Assembly (NCBI GenBank): GCA_002315885.1
Contig: DCIO01000110.1
Coordinates: forward strand, 201 to 64,200
DNA length: 64,000 bases
Origin: Lentisphaeria bacterium UBA1724
GTDB lineage: Bacteria; Verrucomicrobiota; Lentisphaeria; Oligosphaerales; Oligosphaeraceae
Direction: 5' to 3'
A program made the position numbers and the translations under genes. Of the stretch, positions 1 to 8,489 are shown in pieces. Each line of letters begins with the position of its first letter. The stretch's first letter is position 1. Under the pieces are notes generated by a model that worked only from the letters and a program-made list of their open reading frames with translations, was not told the origin of the DNA and did no database searches.

Positions 1-8
1 TATTATTC

Positions 9-2264
9 TTGTTATTCTGCCTGGTGTTGTGTGGGCAGAGTGTGGATTTTGGCAAATCCGCCCGGGATTTTTCGACTTCTGGGGATGAGGGGACCCGTGC
101 GGTCTACCATAGCCAGAGTGGCGTCTTGGAGTTGGGGACCCGTTTTCAGAATGAGGGCTCCCGTCGTGCCTGCTGGGATTTGCCGGTCTCCCTGGATTTG
201 AACAAGATTGCGGGTGTGCGTTTCCGTGTGCGTTTCCTCAATGCGGATTTAGCTAGCCAGCTGGACTTTTTCATTCGCATGGATGGGGTATGGCTGCGTG
301 CGGCGATTTCTCCCCAGACCAATGGCAAGTGGGAGGAGTTCGTCATTTCCAAGGCGTCCTTCATGCCTGAAGGAAGTGGCCAATTCAGCTGGCGTCATTG
401 TGACTGCATTCGCTTTGCGGCCTGGCGTGGATCTCCTGGGGAATGCGCCATCCACTTGGCTGCGCTGGATTTCATTCCGGCGAATGTCTCGTTGGCGATT
501 ATCCGCAGTGGTTTTGGAACGAAGGTCTCGGAGAATTCCCGCAAGGAGGCCCTGCGCTATGCGAAGAATCTGGGTGAGGTATTGGTGTCGGGGGGCATCT
601 ATCCCGCGGTCATTGACGAGCAGGATGTCACCCAGGCCATTCTGAAGCAATACCGCTGTGTCGCTCTGCCTGGGGGCGAATTCACCAGCGACAATACGGT
701 GAACCAACTGACTGCCTATCTGCGGCAGGGCGGTCGCATCAGCGGGTTCTACAACCTGCCGCCCCGATTGGCCAATGCCATGCAGTTGCCTGCGGGAAAA
801 TTCCTGAAGTCATCCAGCTTGCCACAGCCTATTACACAGCTCCAGACCAACGGCGGGGCCACATTTAAACAAAATTGTAATGCTTTGCTTGCGGTGACGG
901 CGAGCCCTTCGGAGAATCTGAAGTTCCGTGCCTATTGGGTGGATGCCACGGGGCACAAGACTCCCTATCCCGCCATCGTCCAGACGCCATACGGTTTTTG
1001 GATGACATACGTCTATCTGAACCAGGATCCCGGGAAGGCGCTTCCTGTTCTGGCGGCATTCTTTGAGGATTTTGTGCCTGGATTGCGCAAGGCGGGTGCG
1101 GAGCAGTTAGTGAAATTGGCGAAATTTGCGTTAGGGAATGCGGGTGCGGGTGACCATACGGTTGCGAAGAAGCACCTGGCTCGTGCCCAGGAACGCCAGC
1201 AGTCCAAGGACTACCCCGGGGTAGTTGCGGCGACCTCAGCGCTCATTGGCGCATTGGCCGATGAGGGGCTCCATGTGGCGACGACCGGCACCTCCTCGGG
1301 AAATTCCAAGGAGATGCGGGGTGCCTGGATACGCTCTGGGACGGGTCTTCCTGGCGAAAATTGGTGGAAGACCCTCCGTCGTCTGAAAATTGCCCAATAC
1401 AATGCCATCTTCCCTCATTTCCTTTCTCCCCACGCAGCTGCCTGGCCCTCCAAGACAATTACAGGGCGGTTGGTGAATGCCAAGGAAGACGTGGTTGCGG
1501 AGTGTACGGCGGCGGGGGCCAGTCTTGGCATACAGGTCCATGCCTGGGTGCAGGTCCTGAGCATTGCGGACGCCTCCGAGACAACAAAGAATGCCTTTGC
1601 GAAAGCGGGGCGTCTGCAGAAGAAAGCCAATAGTCAGACGGTGCCCTGGCTCTGTCCCACCCAGCGTGAGAATCGTATGTTGATGGCACAGGCGGTGGCG
1701 GAGTTGGCGCGCAAATACGACTTGGCGGGCATACAGTTGGATATGCTTCGCTATGAAAGCAGCAACGCGTGCTACTGCGAACACTGCAAAGCCGCATTCC
1801 AGCGTTTTGCGGGACATGCGCTTGTGCAGTGGCCGCAATGCACCCACGAGAAGGAAAAATCCGCCTGGGAGGCCTTCCGCATTCACCAGATTACCGCTCT
1901 GGCGCAGGAGTTGTCCAAGGCGATTCGTGGTGCGCGTCCGAAGATCCAGGTCTCTGCGGCAGTTTATTCCAATCTGAATGATGCCAAGAAAAATGTGGGT
2001 CAGGATTGGGTGGAGTGGTTGCAGAAGGGCATCGTGGATTTCGTGTCTCCTATGGACTATCGGCCTTCTGTGGCTTTGTTCCAGGGGGATTTGACACGAC
2101 AGCGTGCCGATGCGGGCCAATTCGCCAATCGCATTCGTCCCGGCATCGGATTGACGGTCAATAATCTCTCCAAGGAGGAACTCCAGCGGCAAATCCAGGC
2201 AGTTCGTGCAGCTGGGATGGAGGGCTTCATCCTCTTTGAATTGACCCACGGAAGCGAGCTATAG
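9..2264 (+). CDS. Large glycan-associated protein with C-terminal GHL10/DUF187-like (glycoside-hydrolase-like TIM barrel) domain; 5' end possibly outside window
   Basis: 751-codon ORF. The frame stays open back to nt 3, so the true start may lie upstream of the window. The C-terminal half has motifs I associate with DUF187/GHL10 (GIQLDMLRYES, CYCEHCKAAF, VDFVSPMDY). Family call from memory. Confidence 0.6.
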   Translation: MLFCLVLCGQSVDFGKSARDFSTSGDEGTRAVYHSQSGVLELGTRFQNEGSRRACWDLPVSLDLNKIAGVRFRVRFLNADLASQLDFFIRMDGVWLRAAISPQTNGKWEEFVISKASFMPEGSGQFSWRHCDCIRFAAWRGSPGECAIHLAALDFIPANVSLAIIRSGFGTKVSENSRKEALRYAKNLGEVLVSGGIYPAVIDEQDVTQAILKQYRCVALPGGEFTSDNTVNQLTAYLRQGGRISGFYNLPPRLANAMQLPAGKFLKSSSLPQPITQLQTNGGATFKQNCNALLAVTASPSENLKFRAYWVDATGHKTPYPAIVQTPYGFWMTYVYLNQDPGKALPVLAAFFEDFVPGLRKAGAEQLVKLAKFALGNAGAGDHTVAKKHLARAQERQQSKDYPGVVAATSALIGALADEGLHVATTGTSSGNSKEMRGAWIRSGTGLPGENWWKTLRRLKIAQYNAIFPHFLSPHAAAWPSKTITGRLVNAKEDVVAECTAAGASLGIQVHAWVQVLSIADASETTKNAFAKAGRLQKKANSQTVPWLCPTQRENRMLMAQAVAELARKYDLAGIQLDMLRYESSNACYCEHCKAAFQRFAGHALVQWPQCTHEKEKSAWEAFRIHQITALAQELSKAIRGARPKIQVSAAVYSNLNDAKKNVGQDWVEWLQKGIVDFVSPMDYRPSVALFQGDLTRQRADAGQFANRIRPGIGLTVNNLSKEELQRQIQAVRAAGMEGFILFELTHGSEL

Positions 2265-2265
2265 G

Positions 2266-2292
2266 GGAATTAGGAATTAGGAATTAGGAATT
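2266..2292. repeat. Tandem heptamer array (GGAATTA) x ~4
   Basis: ggaatta ggaatta ggaatta ggaatt read directly, starting 2 nt after the TAG stop at 2262-2264. Confidence 0.9.
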
Positions 2293-2404
2293 TTTGATTC
2301 TTGATGCTGGAAGATTGGGGAGAATATTTGGGAATTTTCGCGGATTTCGTGGTTTCAAAACCTATCTTCTTGGGGAATGCGCGTTCTAGGATATATTAAC
2401 TTTT

Positions 2405-3238
2405 ATGCAGAAATCCCTTTCTCCACGACAATTCTCTTTTCGTGGCAAATCCCTTGCGTTTACGCCAGGAATGCCTTTGCTGATGGGCATTGTCAATGCC
2501 ACGCCGGATTCCTTTTCCGATGGAGGGAGATACTTCTCGCCTTCTGTCGCAGTGGAGCACGCCTTGACGTTGTTGATGGAGGGCGCGGCAGTGCTGGACA
2601 TCGGTGGCGAGTCCACTCGTCCCGGTTCGGTTCCTGTTTCTGCAGAGGAGGAACTCTCTCGCGTGGTTCCTGTCATAGAAGGGGTGCGCAAATGCACCGG
2701 GGCACCGATTTCGGTGGACACCTCCAAGGCGGTGGTGGCCCGTGCGGCGCTGGAAGCCGGGGCAGACATCGTCAATGATGTCACCGCCTGTCGTGACGAT
2801 GGGATGGCCGGGGTGCTACGGGATTTTCGTGCGGGGTGCGTTCTGATGGACGACCGTCCGCTTCCTGGTGGCAGCGAGGCTTTTTCGCAGGTCCGCGGGT
2901 ATCTCCTGGAGCGCCGTGAAGCGCTGATGGCTTCCACGGGATTGGAAGCATCCTACTTCCTTTTGGATCCCGGCGTGGGTTTTGGGAAGGACCTGGAGCA
3001 GAATCTGGAATGCGTCCGACGTGCTGCGGAGTTTGCGGATGGAGAGAGCGGGGCGCTGTTGGGCGTCTCCCGAAAGTCCTTCATTGGGAAAATCTGTGGC
3101 GAGAGTGAGCCCTGCCGTCGTCTTCCTGGAACGCTGGCCGTGGCGGTGTTATCCCGCCGTGTCCAGGTCCTTCGTGTCCATGATGTCTCTGAACATCGTC
3201 AAGTTCTGCAAATTACTCAGGCAATTCAATCGCTGTGA
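2405..3238 (+). CDS. folP: Dihydropteroate synthase
   Basis: Pterin-binding motifs GIVNATPDSFSDGG, LDIGGESTRPG, VDTSKA, NDV, DPGVGFGK in canonical order; 277 aa. Confidence 0.93.
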   Translation: MQKSLSPRQFSFRGKSLAFTPGMPLLMGIVNATPDSFSDGGRYFSPSVAVEHALTLLMEGAAVLDIGGESTRPGSVPVSAEEELSRVVPVIEGVRKCTGAPISVDTSKAVVARAALEAGADIVNDVTACRDDGMAGVLRDFRAGCVLMDDRPLPGGSEAFSQVRGYLLERREALMASTGLEASYFLLDPGVGFGKDLEQNLECVRRAAEFADGESGALLGVSRKSFIGKICGESEPCRRLPGTLAVAVLSRRVQVLRVHDVSEHRQVLQITQAIQSL

Positions 3239-4257
3239 ATACGCTACTTCCCATTTTACAATCCGTGAATGACATCTTCTGGATTGTCGCACAGGTTGTC
3301 CTTTTGACATGCGCCTATTGGATTATCCTGCGGATTTTCCGCCATACGCAGGGCATTTATACCCTCTTTGCGGTGGTCTTCTTCTGGCTGGCGGTCAATT
3401 TCCTGAATAGCTGGGTGAATGTTTCCGTGATTACCTACCTGGCGGATGGATTGGTTAAGATTTTGCCCTTGGCGCTGGTGATTCTCTTCCAGGACGAAAT
3501 CCGGCGTTTCCTGGCTCATCCCATGGTGTGGGTGCGGCGCTTCGCACTGCAATTCCGTCTGCGTCGCGACCGCGTCATGCGTGGCGAGGTCATTCGTCGC
3601 AGCGTCGATGAGTTGGTCAAGGGGGTCTGTTGCCTGACAACAGATGAGAAATGGCGGGCGTTTTTGCGGGATTACTACCACGTGGACTTGGAGAAAGAGC
3701 GCCTGCAGAATGTGAATACGGGCGCGTTAATCGCCCTGGAAGGCATTACGGGCTTGGAGGAAATCCGGGGGGCGGGTGAACAACTGGACTGCGAAATCAA
3801 CTACCGACTCATTCGCACGATTTTCTATCCGGGGACGGCGTTGCATGATGGCGGTGTTATTCTGCGCATGACTCGTTCCGGGTTACACATCACTGCGGCG
3901 GGGTGCCGTTTTCCCATGGCGACCAAGAGCGATGGTCCTGTGCATGCCAGAACCAACGCGGCGCACGGCATGGCGGAACGTACGGATGCCTTCGTGTTGA
4001 TGGTTTCGGAGGAACGCGGGAGTGTCTTGCGACCCGATGAGGAGGACCCCCATCGTATGCATCGCTTTGAATCGCCCCAGGAATTACGCGAGTCGCTGAT
4101 TGAGTTTTGCCGTCAGAATGAGCGCGCAATCGTGGAAGTCAAGCAGAAGGATGTCCACGAATCGGCGGAAAACGGGGAGTCTGGAAAGGCATCCGAGACC
4201 GTATCGAAGTCGGAGTCCCATCAGGAAGAAGTCGCTGAGGTCAAAAAGGAGAAATAG
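3235..4257 (+). CDS. cdaA: Diadenylate cyclase (c-di-AMP synthase), membrane-anchored CdaA type
   Basis: N-terminal hydrophobic helices followed by a DAC domain (GALIALEG, FYPGTALHDGGVIL, RTNAAHGMAERTDAFVLMVSEERG). The GTG start overlaps the folP stop (GTGA). Confidence 0.9.
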   Translation: MNTLLPILQSVNDIFWIVAQVVLLTCAYWIILRIFRHTQGIYTLFAVVFFWLAVNFLNSWVNVSVITYLADGLVKILPLALVILFQDEIRRFLAHPMVWVRRFALQFRLRRDRVMRGEVIRRSVDELVKGVCCLTTDEKWRAFLRDYYHVDLEKERLQNVNTGALIALEGITGLEEIRGAGEQLDCEINYRLIRTIFYPGTALHDGGVILRMTRSGLHITAAGCRFPMATKSDGPVHARTNAAHGMAERTDAFVLMVSEERGSVLRPDEEDPHRMHRFESPQELRESLIEFCRQNERAIVEVKQKDVHESAENGESGKASETVSKSESHQEEVAEVKKEK

Positions 4258-4259
4258 CC

Positions 4260-5396
4260 ATGGTCTCTGGAAAACATCCCATTCCTCAGCAGGAAAAGAA
4301 GGCCGTCCTGCGCCGTTGGGACAGGCGGTTGCGCGCATTTGATTTCTGGCGTCTGTTGATTGCCCTGGGGTTGGCGTTGGTGACGTGCTCTGTCATCCGT
4401 CGTCAAGGTGCGGACAGTTCCTATGCGTCCTGGCGTGAAATCAAAAATGTCCAGGTTACCCTGGGCAATCAGAGTCTTGCGGGCAATCTGTATGTCCTGC
4501 CGCAGACCTTCCAGGTGGATTTGAATGTGGCCGTGGATGCGCTTCACCGAACAGGGTCTTATCAGCCAGAACAATTTGGCATCGAAATCAACGAACAGCG
4601 TCTTTTGGCGGTATTGAATAGCCTTCCTCAGAACAACTCTGCTGACCCCCAGGTCGTGGATTACACGATAACGGAGGCGGATGTGGTGACGAAGCCCGCC
4701 GGTGTGGTTGTCCGTGGCGTTGCCCATGCCAATCTGAAGATCAAGTGCGACCGTATTGGCGTGCGTGAAGTCCCTGTGCGCTTGACGGTGGACCGCAATC
4801 AGGAGGAGAGTGGCTGGACATACGAGTGTGTGCCCTTGACTTCCGTGGTTCGTGTGACGGGGCCGGAATATATGCTTTCGCGCATCAAGACCATCTCTAC
4901 GGAGATGATTGTTCCCAAGGACACGCAGACCTATCATGGGATGATTGGGTTGGTGAAACCCGCGGACATGCCGGAACTTTCCCTGTCCATGGACCATATT
5001 GAATACGAGGTCATTCCCCAGAAGGACTCGAAGGAGTTGGTTACCCGTGCTTTCAACCATTTGCAGATTTATTTCCTGATGCGTGGTGACAGCATGCTGG
5101 AACCCAAGTTTGTTCCCGGTGAGTCGTCTCGTGAGGTGGATATCCATTTGCGTGGTCCCTCGAAGATACTGAAAGGCATGAGTATCGAGGATTTGCGGGT
5201 AGTCTGCGATTTGACGCCGTACACGATGGCTGGCAAGCAGAATGTGAAATTGGGTGTTCTGGATTTGCCAGATGGTGTGAAGGTAGTGGAAATCCTGCCT
5301 CGTGGAATTTTGGCTGTGGAGTTGGGGTATCGTCATGATGGGCAGCCTGAGCCCGTGGTTGTTCCGGAAGTGGTTCCTGTCCCTAGCGCACCTTGA
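4260..5396 (+). CDS. YbbR-like domain protein (CdaA regulator-type)
   Basis: 378-aa ORF starting 3 nt after cdaA. N-terminal TM helix followed by beta-rich repeated modules. Its position 3' of cdaA matches the canonical cdaA-cdaR(ybbR) pairing. Confidence 0.65.
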   Translation: MVSGKHPIPQQEKKAVLRRWDRRLRAFDFWRLLIALGLALVTCSVIRRQGADSSYASWREIKNVQVTLGNQSLAGNLYVLPQTFQVDLNVAVDALHRTGSYQPEQFGIEINEQRLLAVLNSLPQNNSADPQVVDYTITEADVVTKPAGVVVRGVAHANLKIKCDRIGVREVPVRLTVDRNQEESGWTYECVPLTSVVRVTGPEYMLSRIKTISTEMIVPKDTQTYHGMIGLVKPADMPELSLSMDHIEYEVIPQKDSKELVTRAFNHLQIYFLMRGDSMLEPKFVPGESSREVDIHLRGPSKILKGMSIEDLRVVCDLTPYTMAGKQNVKLGVLDLPDGVKVVEILPRGILAVELGYRHDGQPEPVVVPEVVPVPSAP

Positions 5397-5407
5397 GCGA
5401 GTCAACC

Positions 5408-6364
5408 ATGAGTCTTTTTCCTCCGACATATCCAGCGGTCGCCCAGTCGCCCATATTGGTGGTTACAGGTCCTACGGCCACGGGCAAGACCCATCTGGCG
5501 GTAGAATTGGCTCGGGAATTCGGCGGGGAAATCCTCAGCGTGGATTCGCGGCAGGTCTATCGGGGAATGGATGTCGGGACGGGGAAGGACATCTCGGAGT
5601 ATTCCGAGGGGGGCGCGCCGGTGCCTTGTCATCTGCTGGACATCGTGGAACCCTCCGAAAAATACGACCTCTTCCGATTTTTGCAGGATGCGCGGGAGTG
5701 TCTCTGTGAGGTCCATTCCCGTGGCCGGTTGCCAATTCTGTGTGGCGGGACCGCGCTTTATTTGGCGGCGCTGTTGGATGGCTATGAGATGGCGGGTGGT
5801 CCCCCGGACTGGGAGGAGCGGAAGCGCCTGGAGACACTGGATACCCCCGCGTTGATGGAAATTCTCCGTAGCGTCGCTTCCCCAGAATTGCTTGCTCGGA
5901 CGGACGTCAGCCAGGATAGACGGATTATCCGTGCCATCGAAATTGCCCGCAGTGGTGTCACAGAAGTGCCGCCGCGCCTTTCGAATACGCTGATTTTGGC
6001 GCCGAAATTCACCCGTGAAGAAGTCCGTGAACGCATTCGTGTGCGGCTGGACGCGCGTCTGGATGCGGGGCTGGTGGAGGAAGTGCGCGGGTTGCATGAG
6101 GCGGGGATTTCCTTTGAAAAGCTTGAGTGGTTCGGGCTGGAATACCGCTATCTCTCGCGTTATCTTTCGGGGGCACTCTCCTACGATGAAATGCATAACG
6201 AACTCCTGAACCGCATTCGGGATTTTGCCAAGAGCCAGGATACCTGGTTCCGGAAATTCGAGCGGGAAGGGCATGCCATCCATTGGCTTCCCGCAGGGGA
6301 TGTGGGTGAGGCGAAAGCAATCGTTCGCGATTTCCTTTCGGGAACTCAATCGCGCGGCGCGTAA
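5408..6364 (+). CDS. miaA: tRNA dimethylallyltransferase
   Basis: VVTGPTATGKTHLAVELA P-loop, ILSVDSRQVYRGMDVGTGK, GGTALY motifs. ATG at 5408 is preferred over the TTG at 5393, which overlaps the upstream stop. Confidence 0.92.
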   Translation: MSLFPPTYPAVAQSPILVVTGPTATGKTHLAVELAREFGGEILSVDSRQVYRGMDVGTGKDISEYSEGGAPVPCHLLDIVEPSEKYDLFRFLQDARECLCEVHSRGRLPILCGGTALYLAALLDGYEMAGGPPDWEERKRLETLDTPALMEILRSVASPELLARTDVSQDRRIIRAIEIARSGVTEVPPRLSNTLILAPKFTREEVRERIRVRLDARLDAGLVEEVRGLHEAGISFEKLEWFGLEYRYLSRYLSGALSYDEMHNELLNRIRDFAKSQDTWFRKFEREGHAIHWLPAGDVGEAKAIVRDFLSGTQSRGA

Positions 6365-6444
6365 ATAGGGTATATTAAGGCGTTCCCCTGGAAAATCTTT
6401 TATTTGCCGCAAGTAAGCCACCCCTTTTCTACGGATTCTCCCTC

Positions 6445-7452
6445 ATGTACTGGTATATCAAATACCCACTAATCGCCATTCTTGTCATGGGCCTGTTGGG
6501 GCTGAGTGGCCTTGTCTGGCGTTCCTGCGTGAAGAATTCCTCCGAAACCGAGGAAGCGGATGTGGCGGAGCAAGTCGCAAAGCATCTGGCTAAGCCTTCC
6601 ACACCTGCAGAAGGGCAGCCGTCTGCCGCGGTGGTGGAACCTGCACAGCCGCAGGCGCCCGTTGTCACTCCTCCTGTCGTAGTGGGGGTGGATGAGCGCC
6701 TGAATGCCGCTCGCCAGCAATTTGACCGTGGGATGCTTGTGGCGGCGCGCCAGATTGCCCGTGGTGTCTTGAAGATGGAAGGGGTTACGGAATTCAGTCC
6801 CGTCTGGCTGGATGCGGTGAAGGTCATTAACGACGTGAACAAGAAGTTGATGAATTCTTCCGCACCCGCTGACGAGAAGAAATTCTACCGTGTTGTGAAG
6901 GGCGATTCCTTAAGTGTGATTGCCAGCCGTCATTACACCAGCATTGGGGCGTTGATCCGTTGCAACGAAAGCCTCCAGCGGGATGACGGCAAGGCGCCGA
7001 TTATCCGTCCCAGCCAGACTCTCAGCTACATCCAGGGCACCTGGTCGATTCGTGTTTCCAAGCAGCATTTCCTGCTGATGCTCTATCTGGACAACCAGCT
7101 CTATCGCGTTTGGACGGTGGGCATCGGGCGGGAAAATCGCACTCCCGTGGGCAAATTCGTCATCGCAGGAAAATTGGTGGATCCTGCCTGGACGCCGCCA
7201 GGGAAGTATATCCCCGCAGGTGATCCCGAGAATGTCCTGGGGACTCGCTGGATGAAATTGACGCCCATTGAGGGCACGGATCCCAGCCTGGAGGGTTATG
7301 GCATTCACGGCACCACGGAGCCCGATACCGTGGGCACCAGTTGTTCCCTGGGGTGCGTCCGCCTGCGTAACGAAGAGGTCGAGGAACTCTACGATTTCAT
7401 TCCTGAGCCAGGTGGTTCTTGTCCCCCCGTGAAGGTGACGATTGAGGAGTAA
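6445..7452 (+). CDS. L,D-transpeptidase with LysM domain
   Basis: N-terminal TM helix, Pro/Ala-rich linker, LysM (YRVVKGDSLSVIASRHY), and a YkuD catalytic motif (GIHGTTEPDTVGTSCSLGCVRL). Confidence 0.85.
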   Translation: MYWYIKYPLIAILVMGLLGLSGLVWRSCVKNSSETEEADVAEQVAKHLAKPSTPAEGQPSAAVVEPAQPQAPVVTPPVVVGVDERLNAARQQFDRGMLVAARQIARGVLKMEGVTEFSPVWLDAVKVINDVNKKLMNSSAPADEKKFYRVVKGDSLSVIASRHYTSIGALIRCNESLQRDDGKAPIIRPSQTLSYIQGTWSIRVSKQHFLLMLYLDNQLYRVWTVGIGRENRTPVGKFVIAGKLVDPAWTPPGKYIPAGDPENVLGTRWMKLTPIEGTDPSLEGYGIHGTTEPDTVGTSCSLGCVRLRNEEVEELYDFIPEPGGSCPPVKVTIEE

Positions 7453-7457
7453 TTTCC

Positions 7458-8417
7458 ATGCCTTCTGAAGGGAATCTTGATTTTGCGGAGCCAGTACTGG
7501 AGTTGGTGCATCGTGCGGAGGCGCTGAAACGCCACGCACAGCAGAATCACCTGCACATTGACTCCGAACTGAAGACGCTTTTTGAGCGGATCCAGGAAGT
7601 GGAGGTGCGTTACCAGGATAGCCTGACGCCCTGGCAGCGTGTCCGCCTGGCCCGTCATCCCATGCGTCCCCATCCGCAGTATTTCTGCCGGATGATTTTC
7701 TCGGATTTGCTGGAGTTGCATGGTGACCGACGTTTTGGCGATGACTGGGCGGTTGGTGGCGGATTTGCCCGTCTGGGTGACAAGACCGTGATGGTGATTT
7801 TCACGCGGAAGGGCCACAACTTGGAACAATATCTCCAAAACCACTTCGGTTGTCCTGAGCCAGAAGGCTATCGGAAGGCCCTGCGTTTGATGAAGATTGC
7901 CGAGAAAGCCCATTGTCCCATTGTGACAATTGTGGATACTCCCGGAGCATATCCCGGCATCTCCGGCGGCGAACGACACATCGGCGAGGCCATCGCGGTG
8001 AATCTTCGGGAGATGTTCCGCCTGACGGTGCCGATTTTGTGCGTGGTGACAGGCGAGGGCGGTTCCGGCGGCGCACTAGGGCTTGCCGTGGGAAATCGCG
8101 TGCTGATGCTGGCCAATGCCTATTATTCCGCCATCACGCCCGAGGGCTGTGCCGCAATTCTTTGGCGAGACGAAAATAAGACCGCCGATGCCGCCGCCGC
8201 GCTGAAACTGACCGCCGACGACCTCCTGAAAATGAAGGTGATTGATGAAATCGTCCCCGAACCCCTGGGAGGCGCACACTGCAATCCTGGCGAGGCCGCG
8301 GCAATCCTGAAGGCCGCAATTATCAAGAACCTCAAAGCACTATGCAAGAAGTCCGCCTCCCGACTGAAGGAAGACCGATATGACCGCTTCCGGGAGATGG
8401 GAATCTATAAAGACTAA
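7458..8417 (+). CDS. accA: Acetyl-CoA carboxylase carboxyltransferase subunit alpha
   Basis: LDFAEP, RLARHPMRP, GDRRFGDD, PEGYRKALRLMKIAEK, TIVDTPGAYPG, GEGGSGGALG: full-length AccA pattern. Confidence 0.93.
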   Translation: MPSEGNLDFAEPVLELVHRAEALKRHAQQNHLHIDSELKTLFERIQEVEVRYQDSLTPWQRVRLARHPMRPHPQYFCRMIFSDLLELHGDRRFGDDWAVGGGFARLGDKTVMVIFTRKGHNLEQYLQNHFGCPEPEGYRKALRLMKIAEKAHCPIVTIVDTPGAYPGISGGERHIGEAIAVNLREMFRLTVPILCVVTGEGGSGGALGLAVGNRVLMLANAYYSAITPEGCAAILWRDENKTADAAAALKLTADDLLKMKVIDEIVPEPLGGAHCNPGEAAAILKAAIIKNLKALCKKSASRLKEDRYDRFREMGIYKD

Positions 8418-8446
8418 TGCTTAATGCTTAATGCTTAATGCTTAAT
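8415..8446. repeat. Tandem heptamer array (TAATGCT) x ~4.6; its first unit contains the accA stop codon
   Basis: taatgct x4 plus taat read directly. Same unit (reverse complement ATTAAGC) at 38693-38724 and 46909-46939. Confidence 0.9.
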
Positions 8447-8457
8447 TATTTATAAGG

Positions 8458-8477
8458 AAGGGGGAGGGAGCCCCCTT
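8458..8477. terminator. G/C hairpin between convergent accA and OPT genes (possible bidirectional terminator)
   Basis: AAGGGGG-agggag-CCCCCTT: 7-bp stem, 6-nt loop. No clear U-run on either strand, so terminator function is uncertain. Confidence 0.3.
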
Positions 8478-8489
8478 GCCCCCGCTTAT

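Noticed and set aside
4221-6421. Long antisense ORFs (4221..5429, 5402..6421) opposite ybbR-like and miaA
   Set aside because: They fully overlap genes with clear family motifs on the other strand. Their translations are Arg/His/Gly/Pro-rich low-complexity, as expected for shadow ORFs in GC-rich DNA. The same reasoning applies to 8713..10053, 13909..14739, 19235..20005, 20607..21464, 26757..27857, 29848..30687, 31428..32357, 33158..34033, 37771..38592, 38814..39644, 41778..42503 and 42594..43466.
8458-8477. Strong intrinsic terminator call for the accA/OPT convergent gap
   Set aside because: The hairpin is clear, but neither strand has a following U-run. It is kept only as a low-confidence feature.
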